Positions 19,569-29,660 of a stretch of 64,000 nucleotides of DNA are shown piece by piece. The translations under genes and the position numbers were made by a program. Each line of letters starts with the position of its first letter. The stretch's first letter is position 1. The DNA is from Dehalococcoidia bacterium (GTDB taxonomy: Bacteria; Chloroflexota; Dehalococcoidia; Bin125): assembly GCA_963663895.2 (NCBI GenBank), contig CAXXRD010000002.1, positions 448,001-512,000 on the forward strand, read 5' to 3'. Below the pieces are notes generated by a model. It was given only the letters and a program-made list of their open reading frames with translations, was not told the DNA's origin and made no database searches.

Positions 19569-20689
19569 CTACCGGCTGTTGGTGACTGCGGCGCGGAAGT
19601 CTCGCCGCAGTTTTCCCAATGCCAAGGTCACGACGGCCTGACAGAGCCTCTATCAAGCCAGACAAAGGCCACCGTAGAGACGTGTCCTGACGCGGGAGCA
19701 GCAGCCCGACGCTTTCGATCTTGAAGTCATCGTCGTAGTCCAAGAGGACGTAGCCAAGCAACTGATAGAGCCAGTTCGAATCGCCTCCGCTACGCTTCGT
19801 GGTCTTGATGTCCAACAGGCAGCCCTCAAGGATGAAGTCTGCATCCGCACCTCCCACGTCCCTGCTGCCAGCAAAAGTGGGGTTCAGAGTGGCTGTGGCT
19901 CCCAACCACAGGGAATGCCGCTTGGAGAACGCGCGCGCCAGCGCTGCTACGTCCTCAATCCAGGAGTCCGGTACCGAGGCCAGCAACTCGCTGGCGCTTT
20001 GTGGGAGTTCGCGGCCTAGGAAAGACGGAGGCCAGGCTCGCGACCCTGCTCGAGAAACCGACTCGAAAGTTGCCAGCAGGAGGCAGAGGCGAGCCAACTC
20101 TCGTTCGTCGTTAGATGAGGGCCACTGGCAATGAGGAGCGAGCCTCTCGATGGTTTGACCGAGAAGGTCGAAGAATCCGGAGAGCGCCGCTTCCGGAAGC
20201 CGAGGCGCATCTTCGAGCGCGTGCGCCAAGCGCCCTCGCCACTCGCGCCTTTGGACGCTCCCCGAGCGCACCCGGTACTCGTAGGCCACGATCTCGGATT
20301 CATCCGATTCTGTCCACGCCTCGATATAGAATTCCGCTGGTGGTGTTTCACCGTGCTCGACCGACATCGCCGCCAAGTAGTCGATCCGGTCTGCGACATC
20401 TTGCCATTCCGCCCGCAGCCTGTCTGAGACCGCCCAGGCCCCCCGCCAAGCAACGAGATCTGCAGCAGGGGTCGGTGCGAACGAATAGCGGATGCGGTAG
20501 TCGGCCGCCATTCCGACGACGCTGTGGGCGAACGCCGGTTCTTCCTCTCGCAGCTCGTAAATGGGTTCGCGACTGCGTAGCGCCCCCCCCCCTGATCTCA
20601 GCCAAGGGGCCTCGCGTGTTCGGAAACGTCTGGCGGAAGAACTGTGCGAGGGGAGAGTCTTTACGCTTCAGTTTAGATGTAAGCGACAC
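19569..20689 (-). pseudogene. Frameshifted PD-(D/E)XK nuclease-like gene (two indels; decay, phase variation or sequencing error)
   Basis: GTG at 20689 gives MSLTSKLKRKDSPLAQFF...; a +1 shift in the G10 run (20583-20592) joins ...GMAADYRIRY; core GGADADFILEGCLLDIKT...QLLGY; a second shift near 19622-19627 gives LGKLRRDFRAAVTNSR*. Confidence 0.65.
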
Positions 20690-20724
20690 TGGACTGCCTC
20701 CTCTCTGATGGGAGTGCGCTAACG

Positions 20725-22053
20725 TCAGCCAACCTGAGGACGGCGCTCCGCAATGGCGGGGCGCATCCAAGCGACGGCGTCGTCGATCTTGGCGGCGAGA
20801 TCGTCGACATCGGCCTCGGTGGTGGTCGTGGCGAAGGCGAACATCCCCCGCTCGACGGCGAGGACGCCGAGCATGAGGAGCTTGCGATGGAGGAGGCGGC
20901 GGAGACCGGTATCGCCGGCGGCGGCCTGGGCGGCGTGCAGGGGAGGCGTGGGGGCGAAATGCAGGTTGCGGATCGAGCCCAGGCCGGTGGTGTGCAGGGG
21001 GACGCCGCGCGCTTGGGCGATAGCGGCGACCGCGGCAGCGAAGCGGTCACCGAGGCGGTTGATGTAGGAGATGGTGTCGGCGTCGAGCTGGCGCAGGGTG
21101 GCGAGGCCGGCGACGGCGGAAACGGGGTTGGCGTTGAAGGTACCGCTGTGACTGAGGTGGCCGTCGCGTAAGGGCGAAAACTGCTCCATGAGCCGCGCGT
21201 CGCCGCCGAAGGCGCCGATGGGATGGCCGCCGCCGATGATCTTGCCCAGGGTGGTGAGATCGGGACGAAGATCGTAGAGCGCCTGGGCGCCGCCGAGGGC
21301 AAGGCGCAGGGTGATCACCTCGTCGAAAATGAGGACGACGCCGTGGCGCTCGGTTTCGGCGCGCAGGTGTTGGAGGTAGCCGTCCAGCGGGGGAAGCGAA
21401 CCGGCGACGCCCATGACGGGCTCGACGATGAGGGCGGCGATGTCGTTCGCCTCGGCGTTGAGGAGATCGGTGACGGCGGCTTTATCGTTGAAGGGCACCT
21501 CCCGGACGAAGGCGTCGTTTCCCGGGATAAGGCCGGGTTGCGGCTCGCCCTCGTGGACGTGCCAGTCGTCGTGGGCGCCGTGGTAGGCGCCGACCATCTT
21601 GACGATCTTGCGCCGGCCGGTAGCGGCCCGCGCCGCGCGCACGGCCAGCATCGTCGCTTCACTGCCGGTATTGGCCAGGCGGACTCTTTGCAGCGAGGGA
21701 ATACGGTCGCGCAGGAGCTCGATCAATTCGAGCGCGTGCGGGCTGGCGGCGTTGTACGCGGTACCGCGGGCGAGCTGCTCGCCGACGGCCTCCGTAACGG
21801 CGGGATGAGCGTGTCCAAGAACGAGAGCGCTCCAGCAGCTTGAGCAGTCAAAGTAGCGGTGGCCGTCGACATCCGTGGCGTAGGAACCTTCGCCACGCGC
21901 CAAGAAAAGCGGGTAGGGGGTGAAGAAGACCGTCTGTCTGGTATCACCGCCGGGCATGGAAGCGCGAGCGCGATCGTAGAGGGCGGCGGAGGTGGGAGTA
22001 CGGCGCCGGTAGTCGGCTTCGACTTCGGCGAGGAGGGTGTCGAAAGCGGGCAT
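20725..22053 (-). CDS. Class III PLP aminotransferase (GSA aminomutase-like)
   Basis: MPGGDTR, GHAHP, NTGSEAT, YHG, IFDEVIT, TLGKIIGGG, HSGTFNANP. Confidence 0.9.
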   Translation of the reverse strand: MPAFDTLLAEVEADYRRRTPTSAALYDRARASMPGGDTRQTVFFTPYPLFLARGEGSYATDVDGHRYFDCSSCWSALVLGHAHPAVTEAVGEQLARGTAYNAASPHALELIELLRDRIPSLQRVRLANTGSEATMLAVRAARAATGRRKIVKMVGAYHGAHDDWHVHEGEPQPGLIPGNDAFVREVPFNDKAAVTDLLNAEANDIAALIVEPVMGVAGSLPPLDGYLQHLRAETERHGVVLIFDEVITLRLALGGAQALYDLRPDLTTLGKIIGGGHPIGAFGGDARLMEQFSPLRDGHLSHSGTFNANPVSAVAGLATLRQLDADTISYINRLGDRFAAAVAAIAQARGVPLHTTGLGSIRNLHFAPTPPLHAAQAAAGDTGLRRLLHRKLLMLGVLAVERGMFAFATTTTEADVDDLAAKIDDAVAWMRPAIAERRPQVG

Positions 22054-22139
22054 GGGGTCGTCTCCTGCGAGCAGGCTATCTCAGCGGAGCGGGTTTCTGG
22101 GGCGGGATCGTCCGTCGCATCTGCGGGCGGGGAGCCGCC

Positions 22140-22154
22140 GGGGGGGGGGGGGGG
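22140..22154 (+). repeat. G15 homopolymer tract in a divergent intergenic region
   Basis: 15 consecutive G read directly. Confidence 0.85.
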
Positions 22155-22256
22155 ATCTATGCAGCGCAAGGCGCGCGGTACGGATGCGCGGCGCCAGCGG
22201 AGAACGAGCACGTTGGTGATCGAACGCGGGGCTCATCGCGGATAGAATCGCGGGCG

Positions 22257-22937
22257 ATGTCCGCGAGCCGTGCATCCAGAGATCGTCCAAGAAAGCGCGC
22301 ATCCGCGCGCCGGCTGCGGTTTTCATCGTCGGCGGCCTACCGGCACTTGCGCGAGGCCGACCCGGTCGTGGGCGCGTTGATCAAGCAGCACGGGCCCTAC
22401 CGCCCGCGGCCGAGCGGGGAGCCTTATGCGGCGCTGGTGCGCTCGATCATGTATCAGCAGCTGGCCGGGCCGGCGGCCGCCGCGATCCTGGGCCGCTTGA
22501 ACGCCCTGCACGGGGACGCGGATCGGATCCCCACGGCGGAAGAGCTGCTGTCGACGAGCGAGGCGCAGTTCCGAGAAGCGGGCGTGTCCCGGCAGAAGAC
22601 GCGCTACCTGCGAGACCTGGCGGAGCAGGTGACGGCCGGCCGGCTGCGCTTCCGGGGACTCGAGCGGCTGGACGACGCGACCGTGATCGAGCGGCTGACG
22701 GGGGTGAAGGGGGTGGGGGAATGGACGGCGCAGATGTTCTTGATGTTCCAGCTGGGACGGCCGGACGTGCTGCCGGCAGGAGACTTGGGAGTGCGGCGGG
22801 GGATGCAGCTGGCGTACGGACTCCGCGAGCCGGTCACCCCCGCGCAGGCGCAACGGATCGGAGAGCCCTGGGCGCCTTACCGGTCGGTGGGCTCGTGGTA
22901 CATGTGGCGGGTAGCGGAGACGCAGACGCCCGCCTAG
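22257..22937 (+). CDS. alkA: DNA-3-methyladenine glycosylase II (AlkA family)
   Basis: LVRSIMYQQL, HhH VKGVGEWTAQMFLMF, PAGDLGVRRG, WAPYRSVGSWYMW. Confidence 0.9.
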   Translation: MSASRASRDRPRKRASARRLRFSSSAAYRHLREADPVVGALIKQHGPYRPRPSGEPYAALVRSIMYQQLAGPAAAAILGRLNALHGDADRIPTAEELLSTSEAQFREAGVSRQKTRYLRDLAEQVTAGRLRFRGLERLDDATVIERLTGVKGVGEWTAQMFLMFQLGRPDVLPAGDLGVRRGMQLAYGLREPVTPAQAQRIGEPWAPYRSVGSWYMWRVAETQTPA

Positions 22938-22949
22938 CGGGGTGTGGGA

Positions 22950-24131
22950 TCAGACGCGCTCCGTTGCCAGACGCTGGTCGAGGCGGCGGCCCAATATCTT
23001 CGAGGCGATGAGGTTGCGCTGGAGCTGGGCGGTGCCGCCGCCGATCGTGAACATGCGGGCATCGCGGACCATGCGTTCGAGCGGGAACTCCCGGGAGTAG
23101 CCGTAGGCGCCGAAGAGCTGCAGGGCGGCGTTGGTGACCTGGATCGCCATCTCGGAGGCGTAGACCTTCGCGACGGCGGCCTCGGTGGAATCGGGGAAGC
23201 CGTGGCCGGCGTTCTTAGCGGCCTGGTAGATCAGGGCGCGGCAGGTGGTGGTGCTGACGGTCATATCAGCCAGCATCCACTGGAGACCTTGGAAGTCGGA
23301 GAGCGGGCGGCCGAACTGCTGGCGATCCTGGGAGTAGGCGAGCGCTTGGTCGAAGGCGCCCGCCGCGATGCCGAGCGCGACGGTGGCGGCGCCGAGCCGC
23401 TGGCCGTTGTAGGCGGTCATGAGCCGGCGGAAGCCGTGCTCGCGGACGAGCAGATCGCCGGCAGCGGCGCGGCAGGCGCGGAAATGGACGTCGCATTCGG
23501 GGAGACCGCGCAGGCCCATCATGGGCCACCGCTTGCCAACCTCCAGGCCCGGCGTGTCCGCCTCGGCGAGGATGCCGCCGATGCCGAAGTCGTGGCCGTT
23601 TTCCTGGATACGGGCGAAGATGAGGTAGGTCTTGGAGACGCCGGCGCCAGTGATCCAGCGCTTCTGGCCATCGACGATGTAAGAGTCACCGTCGCGGACC
23701 GCAGTGGTCGTCAGGTCGGTGGCAGCGGAGCCTGCTTGCGGCTCGGTGATGCAGATGGCGGGTTTGTCGCCGGCGACGACCAGGGGAAGGTAACGCGCCT
23801 TCTGATCGTCGGTGCCGTAGGCGCCGATCGCACCGACGGCGCCGACGTTGCCCTCGACAACGATGCGAGCCGTGGTACCGCAGGCCTTCGCAACCTCTTC
23901 GATCGCGACGATCGCGTCGATCAGCGCGCCGCCGCCGCCGCCGTAGTCGGCGCTGACCGTGTGACCCATCAGACCCCGGGAAACGAGCGCTCGGACATTG
24001 TCCCAGGGGTATTGCTCGGTTTGGTCGACCGCGGCGGCGCGATCGCAGAACTGGGTCTGGGCCAGCTCGCGGGCGGCGCTCTGGATCCGCTGTGCGGTCT
24101 TCGGCAGATCGAATTCCATCTCGAAAGACAT
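22950..24131 (-). CDS. acdA: Acyl-CoA dehydrogenase superfamily, 3-sulfinopropanoyl-CoA desulfinase (AcdA)-like
   Basis: DQTEQYPW, ARIVVEGN, AGDKPAICITEP, YNGQRLGA, RDARMFTIGGGT; no catalytic Glu at either the IVD or the MCAD position. Confidence 0.75.
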   Translation of the reverse strand: MSFEMEFDLPKTAQRIQSAARELAQTQFCDRAAAVDQTEQYPWDNVRALVSRGLMGHTVSADYGGGGGALIDAIVAIEEVAKACGTTARIVVEGNVGAVGAIGAYGTDDQKARYLPLVVAGDKPAICITEPQAGSAATDLTTTAVRDGDSYIVDGQKRWITGAGVSKTYLIFARIQENGHDFGIGGILAEADTPGLEVGKRWPMMGLRGLPECDVHFRACRAAAGDLLVREHGFRRLMTAYNGQRLGAATVALGIAAGAFDQALAYSQDRQQFGRPLSDFQGLQWMLADMTVSTTTCRALIYQAAKNAGHGFPDSTEAAVAKVYASEMAIQVTNAALQLFGAYGYSREFPLERMVRDARMFTIGGGTAQLQRNLIASKILGRRLDQRLATERV

Positions 24132-24142
24132 GCCGGCTCCGA

Positions 24143-25057
24143 TTAGGCAGCGCCGCGGAAGAGGGAGTCGCCGGCCTGCTTGACGCGGCCGGGAAGCGGA
24201 CGGCCGACGAGCTGCTCGGCCCAACGGGCGACATCGACAAGGCCCTGGAGGTCGACGCCGGTTTCGACGCCCATCTCATGGAGCATGTAGACGAGGTCCT
24301 CCGTGGCGACGTTTCCGGCAGCGCCGGGAGCGTAGGGACAGCCGCCCAGGCCACCGACCGATCCGTCGAAGTTGTCGATGCCCTCTTCGAGCGCGGCGAG
24401 GACGTTGGCAAGGGCGGTGCCCCGGGTGTCGTGGAAGTGCAGACGGAGGGGCGTGTCGGGGATAGCAGCGCGGAGGATGCGGATGAGCGTGGAGACTTGG
24501 CGGGGGTTGGCGGCGCCGATGGTGTCACCGAGAGAGATGGCAGTGGCGCCGAGGGCGACGAGGGAGCGCGCGATCTCAACGACCTTGGCGGCGGGAACAT
24601 CGCCCTCATAGGGGCAGCCGAAAGCAGTCGAGATGTAGCCCTGCCAGGGCGTGCCGGCGGCCGTCGTGAGCTGGGCGACGCCCGCGATGCCGCTGAGCGA
24701 CTCGGCGATGGAGCGCTGCACGTTGCTCCCGTTATGGGACTCGCTGGCGGAGACGACCGTGCCGATCTCATGCGTGTTCGCGGCAATGGCGTTGCGAGCG
24801 CCGACTTCGTTGGGAACGAGGGCCAGATAGGTCACACCCTCGGGGCGAGGAAGAGCCGCCATGACAGCGGAAGCGTCCCGCATCTGGGGGATCGCTTTGG
24901 GGTGGACGAAGGAGACGGCCTCGATCCGCCGGAGTCCCGTGGCGGCGAGGCGCTCGATGAACTCGACCTTCTTGCCGGTTTCGACGAAGCCGTCTTCGTT
25001 CTGAAGACCGTCGCGGGGGCCGACTTCGTTGATGGTCACGCGAGCGGGGATGCTCAT
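24143..25057 (-). CDS. hmgL: Hydroxymethylglutaryl-CoA lyase
   Basis: EVGPRDGLQNE, GDTIG, HFHDTRG, GGLGGCPYAPGAAGNVATED. Confidence 0.93.
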   Translation of the reverse strand: MSIPARVTINEVGPRDGLQNEDGFVETGKKVEFIERLAATGLRRIEAVSFVHPKAIPQMRDASAVMAALPRPEGVTYLALVPNEVGARNAIAANTHEIGTVVSASESHNGSNVQRSIAESLSGIAGVAQLTTAAGTPWQGYISTAFGCPYEGDVPAAKVVEIARSLVALGATAISLGDTIGAANPRQVSTLIRILRAAIPDTPLRLHFHDTRGTALANVLAALEEGIDNFDGSVGGLGGCPYAPGAAGNVATEDLVYMLHEMGVETGVDLQGLVDVARWAEQLVGRPLPGRVKQAGDSLFRGAA

Positions 25058-27033
25058 GGTTCCTCCCCTCCTAGATCGAGCTCGATCAGAAGCTCGTCCG
25101 CGGCGACGTTCGCGCCGGGAGCACAGGCTACCGTCTCCACGACCCCGTGGGCGGCGGCGGTGATGGTGTGCTCCATCTTCATGGCCTCCATGACGAGGAG
25201 AGGCTGGCCGGCGTGGACACGGTCGCCTTGCTGGACGAGCACGGAGACGATCTCGCCGTTCATGGGAGCGCGGATCTCGCCGGGCACCGCCGCGGTCGTG
25301 GCGGCGGCGGCCGAGGGGCGGGGCGGGGCAAGAGCGTAGCGGTGCCCGTCCGGGCTTTCGAGAGAGAGCAGGCAGCCGCTGCGCCGCGCGCTCCACCGCT
25401 GCTGGGTATCGCCGATGTCGAGCAGCAGCGTTCCTCCCGCGGTTCGGGTTGCTCCGAACTGGAGGGGCGGGCTCGACCCGTCAGAGCGAATGAGGCGCCA
25501 GGTGTGGGCATGGCCGGGGAGGCGCTCGACGGTCGCCTCGGTTGCGACGCCGCGGTGGGCGTAGCGAAGAGTCTGGCAGCCGGTGGAACGCCAAGCACCG
25601 ACGGCGCGCCAGGGATCGGCGGCGGCGTTCGGGGGCCGCAGATCGGCGGCGGCGGCGGCGATGAGAGCATCGTCCGGGAGGCGGGGGAGGAGATCATCGG
25701 GCGGGAGCGCTTCAAGGGTTTGTAGCGTGGCGGCGCCCGTACGGAAGTCGCGATGGCCGAGGACGGCGGTGAGCTGTTGGAGGTTGGTGGTGACGCCTTC
25801 GATGACGTAGGCATCCAGGGCGCGCCGGCAGCGATCGAGGGCGGCGTCGCGGGCAGGAGCGTGGACCAGCAGCTTGGCGAGGAGAGGATCGTAGGCCGCG
25901 GGCACGTTGGAGCCGGCCTGAAAGCCGACATCGTTGCGGATGCCGTCGCCCATGGGGGGCTCGAAGGCAGAGAGGTAGCCGGGAGAAGGCAGATAGCCGC
26001 GCGCGGGGTCCTCAGCGTAGAGACGACACTCAATGGCGTGACCGGCGAAGGCGATCTCGTCCTGGACGAGACCGAGCGGTCGACCGGCGGCGACGCGCAG
26101 CTGCAGCTCGACCAAGTCGAGGCCGGTGACCAGCTCGGTGACGCCGTGCTCGACTTGCAGGCGGGCGTTGACCTCCAAGAAGTAGAAGTGCCCGGCTGCG
26201 TCGAGAAGGAACTCGGCCGTGCCGGCGTTGGTATAGCCGGCAGCGCGGGCGAGACGGAGGGCAGCGGCCGTCATGCTGCTGCGCAGTTCGGGGGGCAGAC
26301 CGGGGGCGGGGCTCTCCTCAATGACCTTCTGATGACGGCGCTGGATGGAGCAGTCACGCTCGCCGAGGTGCAGCGCGGAGCCGTGGGTGTCAGCGATGAA
26401 CTGCACTTCGACGTGGCGCCCGCCGACGACCGCACGTTCCAAGAAGAGAGCGCCGTCACCGAAGGCGGTCTGGGCTTCCCGGCGCGCGGTGGCGAGAGCG
26501 TCCGGCAGTGCGTCGGGGTGATCGACGACGCGCATGCCCCGGCCGCCCCCACCAGCGGCGGCTTTAATCATGACGGGAAATCCGAGGGAGGAGACGCCCG
26601 CAAGAAGGGTGGCGTCGTCGTCCGCAGCGGGAAGACCGGGGAGGATGGACAGATCGTTATCGTGAGCGAGGCGGCGAGCGGCGGTCTTGTCGCCGACGAG
26701 GCGCAGAGCGGCGGGAGAGGGCCCGATGAAGACGATGCCGGCCTGGGCGCAGGCCGCGGCGAAGGCCGGGTCTTCCGAGAGGAATCCATAGCCGGGATGG
26801 ATGGCGGCCGCGCCGCTGTCGCGGGCGGCTTGGATGATGGCCGGGATGGAGAGATAGCTCTGTGCGGGCGCGGCGGAACCGATGCGCACTGCTTCATCGG
26901 CGGCGCGCACGTGGAGGGCAGCGCGGTCGGCATCGGAGTAGACGGCGACCGTCGCGATGCCGAGCCGTTGGCAGGTACGGATGATGCGGAGGGCGATCTC
27001 GCCGCGGTTGGCGATGAGGAGCTTCGGGAACAT
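25054..27033 (-). CDS. liuD: 3-methylcrotonyl-CoA carboxylase alpha (biotin carboxylase plus BCCP)
   Basis: LIANRGEIA, HPGYGFLSE, GGGGRGMR, ERDCSIQRRHQK, RLQVEH, biotinylation motif EAMKME. Confidence 0.88.
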   Translation of the reverse strand: MFPKLLIANRGEIALRIIRTCQRLGIATVAVYSDADRAALHVRAADEAVRIGSAAPAQSYLSIPAIIQAARDSGAAAIHPGYGFLSEDPAFAAACAQAGIVFIGPSPAALRLVGDKTAARRLAHDNDLSILPGLPAADDDATLLAGVSSLGFPVMIKAAAGGGGRGMRVVDHPDALPDALATARREAQTAFGDGALFLERAVVGGRHVEVQFIADTHGSALHLGERDCSIQRRHQKVIEESPAPGLPPELRSSMTAAALRLARAAGYTNAGTAEFLLDAAGHFYFLEVNARLQVEHGVTELVTGLDLVELQLRVAAGRPLGLVQDEIAFAGHAIECRLYAEDPARGYLPSPGYLSAFEPPMGDGIRNDVGFQAGSNVPAAYDPLLAKLLVHAPARDAALDRCRRALDAYVIEGVTTNLQQLTAVLGHRDFRTGAATLQTLEALPPDDLLPRLPDDALIAAAAADLRPPNAAADPWRAVGAWRSTGCQTLRYAHRGVATEATVERLPGHAHTWRLIRSDGSSPPLQFGATRTAGGTLLLDIGDTQQRWSARRSGCLLSLESPDGHRYALAPPRPSAAAATTAAVPGEIRAPMNGEIVSVLVQQGDRVHAGQPLLVMEAMKMEHTITAAAHGVVETVACAPGANVAADELLIELDLGGEEP

Positions 27034-27035
27034 GG

Positions 27036-27842
27036 CTAGCCGTCGGCGGGGCGCCAGGTGGGCGGTCGCTTGTCGAGGAAGGCCTGGACGCCCTCGCGGC
27101 CTTCAGCCCCGCCGCGGGCGCGTGCGAGGAGGGCGGCGGTCGCTTGGTCTTGATCAGGACCGCTGGTGCTGAGCACGGTGCGGACGAGCGTCTTGGCAAG
27201 ACCGTGGGCTTGGGGACCGCCGGCGAGAAGGGCCTGCACGGTGTCCGTCACAGCATTATCGAGCTGGTCGTCGGGGACGACGCGGTGCAGAAGACCGATC
27301 TGTTGCGCACGATCGGCCGTGATCCGCTCGGCAGTGAGGAAGAGGGCGCGGGCGTGGCCGGGGCCGATCTTCTCGACGATGTGGGGAGCGATCGTGGCGG
27401 GGATGAGTCCGAGGCGGGCCTCGCTAAAACCGAAACGCGCGCGCGCGGCCGCGATAGCGATGTCGGCGACGGCGACGAGGCCCATGCCGCCGCCGAGGGC
27501 GGGCCCTTGCACGCGGGCGATGAGCGGTCGGGGCAGGGAGGCGGCGGTACGCAGCATGGTGGCAAGGGCGAGGGCGTCCCGGCGGTTCTCCTCCTCGGTG
27601 TAGGCGGCAGCGCGACGCATCCAGTTGAGATCGGCGCCGGCGCTGAAGGAGCGGCCCCGGGCGGCGAGGACGACGACGCGGACGTCGGCGTCGCTTCCCA
27701 GATCGTCGAAAGCGGCCTGGAGAGAAGCGATGAGGTGATCGTCAAAGGCGTTGTGGCGCTCGGGGCGCTGGAGGGTAAGCGTCACGACGGGGCCGTCGTG
27801 AGCGATCGCCAGCGGTGGGGATGGTTGGTCGGCCACGATCAC
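27036..27842 (-). CDS. liuC: Methylglutaconyl-CoA hydratase (crotonase family)
   Basis: [35 protein letters not shown]; operon context. Confidence 0.85.
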   Translation of the reverse strand: MIVADQPSPPLAIAHDGPVVTLTLQRPERHNAFDDHLIASLQAAFDDLGSDADVRVVVLAARGRSFSAGADLNWMRRAAAYTEEENRRDALALATMLRTAASLPRPLIARVQGPALGGGMGLVAVADIAIAAARARFGFSEARLGLIPATIAPHIVEKIGPGHARALFLTAERITADRAQQIGLLHRVVPDDQLDNAVTDTVQALLAGGPQAHGLAKTLVRTVLSTSGPDQDQATAALLARARGGAEGREGVQAFLDKRPPTWRPADG

Positions 27843-29497
27843 ATGCGGAAGACGCCGAAGGAGGTCTCCGGGATGGGGGCATTCAAGGCGGTGCTGACCC
27901 CAAGGGCCAGGGCGGTGCGCGTGTCGAGCGGATCGAGGATGCCGTCGTCCCAGAGGCGAGCGGTGCTGTAGTAGGGGTTGCCCTCGTCCTCGTACTTGTC
28001 GCGCGTGGGAGCCATGAAGGCTTCACGCTCCTCAGCGGTCATGTCTTCTCCCTGGGCGCGAAGGTTATCAAGGCGGACGGTGAGGAGGACCTCGGCGGCT
28101 TGCTGGCCGCCCATGACGGAGATGCGGGCGCTGGGCCACGTCCAGAGCAGGCGGGGAGCGTAGGCACGGCCGCACATGGCATAGTTTCCTGCGCCGAAGG
28201 AGCCGCCGATGATGACGGTGAACTTGGGGACCTGCGCCGCTGCGACGGCACTGACCATTTTGGCGCCGTGCTTGGCGATGCCTTCGTGCTCGTAGCGTTG
28301 ACCGACCATGAAGCCGGTGATGTTCTGCAGGAAGAGGAGGGGGATACGCCGCTGGGCGCAGAGTTGGATGAAGTGGGCGCCCTTGAGCGCACTCTCCGAG
28401 AAGAGGATGCCGTTGTTGGCGACGATGCCCATGGGGTAGCCCATGATACGAGCGAAGCCACAGACCAAGGTGGCGCCGTAGGCGGCCTTGAACTCATGAA
28501 GGCGGCTTCCGTCGACGAGGCGGGCGATGACCTCGCGAACGTCGTAGGACTTGCGGGGCGAGGCGGGGAGGATCCCGTAGATCTCTTCGGGGTCGTAGGC
28601 AGGGGGCTCGGCGGCGGGGAGGGGCCACGGAGCCGTACGAGCGTCGCGCCCGAGGTTGGCGACGCTGCGCCGGACGAGAGCCAATGCCTCTTCGTCGTTG
28701 GCGGCGAGATGGTCCGCGACGCCGGATTTCTGGGTATGCACGGTGGCTCCGCCCAGATCCTGGGCCGAAATCTCCTCGCCGGTCGCCGCCCGCACCAGAG
28801 GAGGACCGCCTAAGAAGATCGTGCCCGTGCCGTGCACGATGATCGTCTCGTCGCTCATGGCGGGAACGTAGGCGCCGCCCGCAGTGCAGGATCCCATGAC
28901 CGCGGCGATCTGAGGGATGCCGGCGGCGGACATGCGGGCTTGGTTATAGAAGATCCGTCCGAAGTGATCGCGGTCGGGGAAAACATCGGCCTGGAGAGGA
29001 AGGAAAGCACCGCCGGAATCGACGAGATAGATGCAGGGAAGCCGATTTTGCTCGGCGACTTCCTGCGCGCGCAGATGCTTTTTCACAGTGAGGGGGTAAT
29101 AGGCGCCGCCCTTGACGGTGGCGTCGTTGGCGATGATGACCGTTTCGCGACCGACGACGCGGCCGACGCCCGTGACGATGCCGGCAGCGGGCGCATCGCC
29201 GTCGTAAATATCCCAAGCCGCAAGGGGGCTCAGTTCGAGGAAGGCCGTGCCCGTATCCACGAGGCGGTCGATACGCTCGCGGGCGAGGAGCTTGCCACGC
29301 GCGTGGTGCCGCTCGATCTGCCGGGCGCCGCCACCGCGCTGCACGACAGCCTGGCGCTCGCGGAGCTCGCTCACGAGCGCGCGCATGCGCTCCTGATTAG
29401 CGCGGAAGTCATCGCCGTCGACATCAAGGGACGACTGCAGAGGCGGGCTCTCCTCGAGCTCTGGCAGGTGGGAACCGGAGGGCAGAGTATCCATCAT
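27839..29497 (-). CDS. liuB: 3-methylcrotonyl-CoA carboxylase beta (carboxyltransferase)
   Basis: [63 protein letters not shown]. Confidence 0.92.
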   Translation of the reverse strand: MMDTLPSGSHLPELEESPPLQSSLDVDGDDFRANQERMRALVSELRERQAVVQRGGGARQIERHHARGKLLARERIDRLVDTGTAFLELSPLAAWDIYDGDAPAAGIVTGVGRVVGRETVIIANDATVKGGAYYPLTVKKHLRAQEVAEQNRLPCIYLVDSGGAFLPLQADVFPDRDHFGRIFYNQARMSAAGIPQIAAVMGSCTAGGAYVPAMSDETIIVHGTGTIFLGGPPLVRAATGEEISAQDLGGATVHTQKSGVADHLAANDEEALALVRRSVANLGRDARTAPWPLPAAEPPAYDPEEIYGILPASPRKSYDVREVIARLVDGSRLHEFKAAYGATLVCGFARIMGYPMGIVANNGILFSESALKGAHFIQLCAQRRIPLLFLQNITGFMVGQRYEHEGIAKHGAKMVSAVAAAQVPKFTVIIGGSFGAGNYAMCGRAYAPRLLWTWPSARISVMGGQQAAEVLLTVRLDNLRAQGEDMTAEEREAFMAPTRDKYEDEGNPYYSTARLWDDGILDPLDTRTALALGVSTALNAPIPETSFGVFRM

Positions 29498-29621
29498 GCT
29501 GTGATTCTGACACGGATACCGAGATAGGAGGACGGGACTTCGGAAAGGATGTCCCCATCCAAGACGACCTCGCTCATCTGGAGTCGCATGACGAATGCTG
29601 GTCCCGTCCCATCCGTGCCAC

Positions 29622-29660
29622 CGCCTACAGGGGGGACGCCTACAGAGGGAAACGCCTGAA
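29622..29660 (+). repeat. Three short direct repeats (CGCCTACAG x2, CGCCTGAA) inside a 7-bp inverted repeat
   Basis: Copies at 29622, 29637 and 29653; flanked by GCCACCG (29617-29623) and CGGTGGC (29663-29669). Confidence 0.6.

Noticed and set aside
20725-22053. hemL
   Set aside because: GSA-aminomutase-like, but it lacks the typical PGGVNSPVR and has no tetrapyrrole gene context.
22200-22235. LexA box upstream of alkA
   Set aside because: GAAC half-sites are present but there is no GAAC-N4-GTTC match.
22950-24131. Isovaleryl-CoA dehydrogenase (ivd/liuA)
   Set aside because: The catalytic Glu is absent at both known positions; the motifs match AcdA desulfinase.
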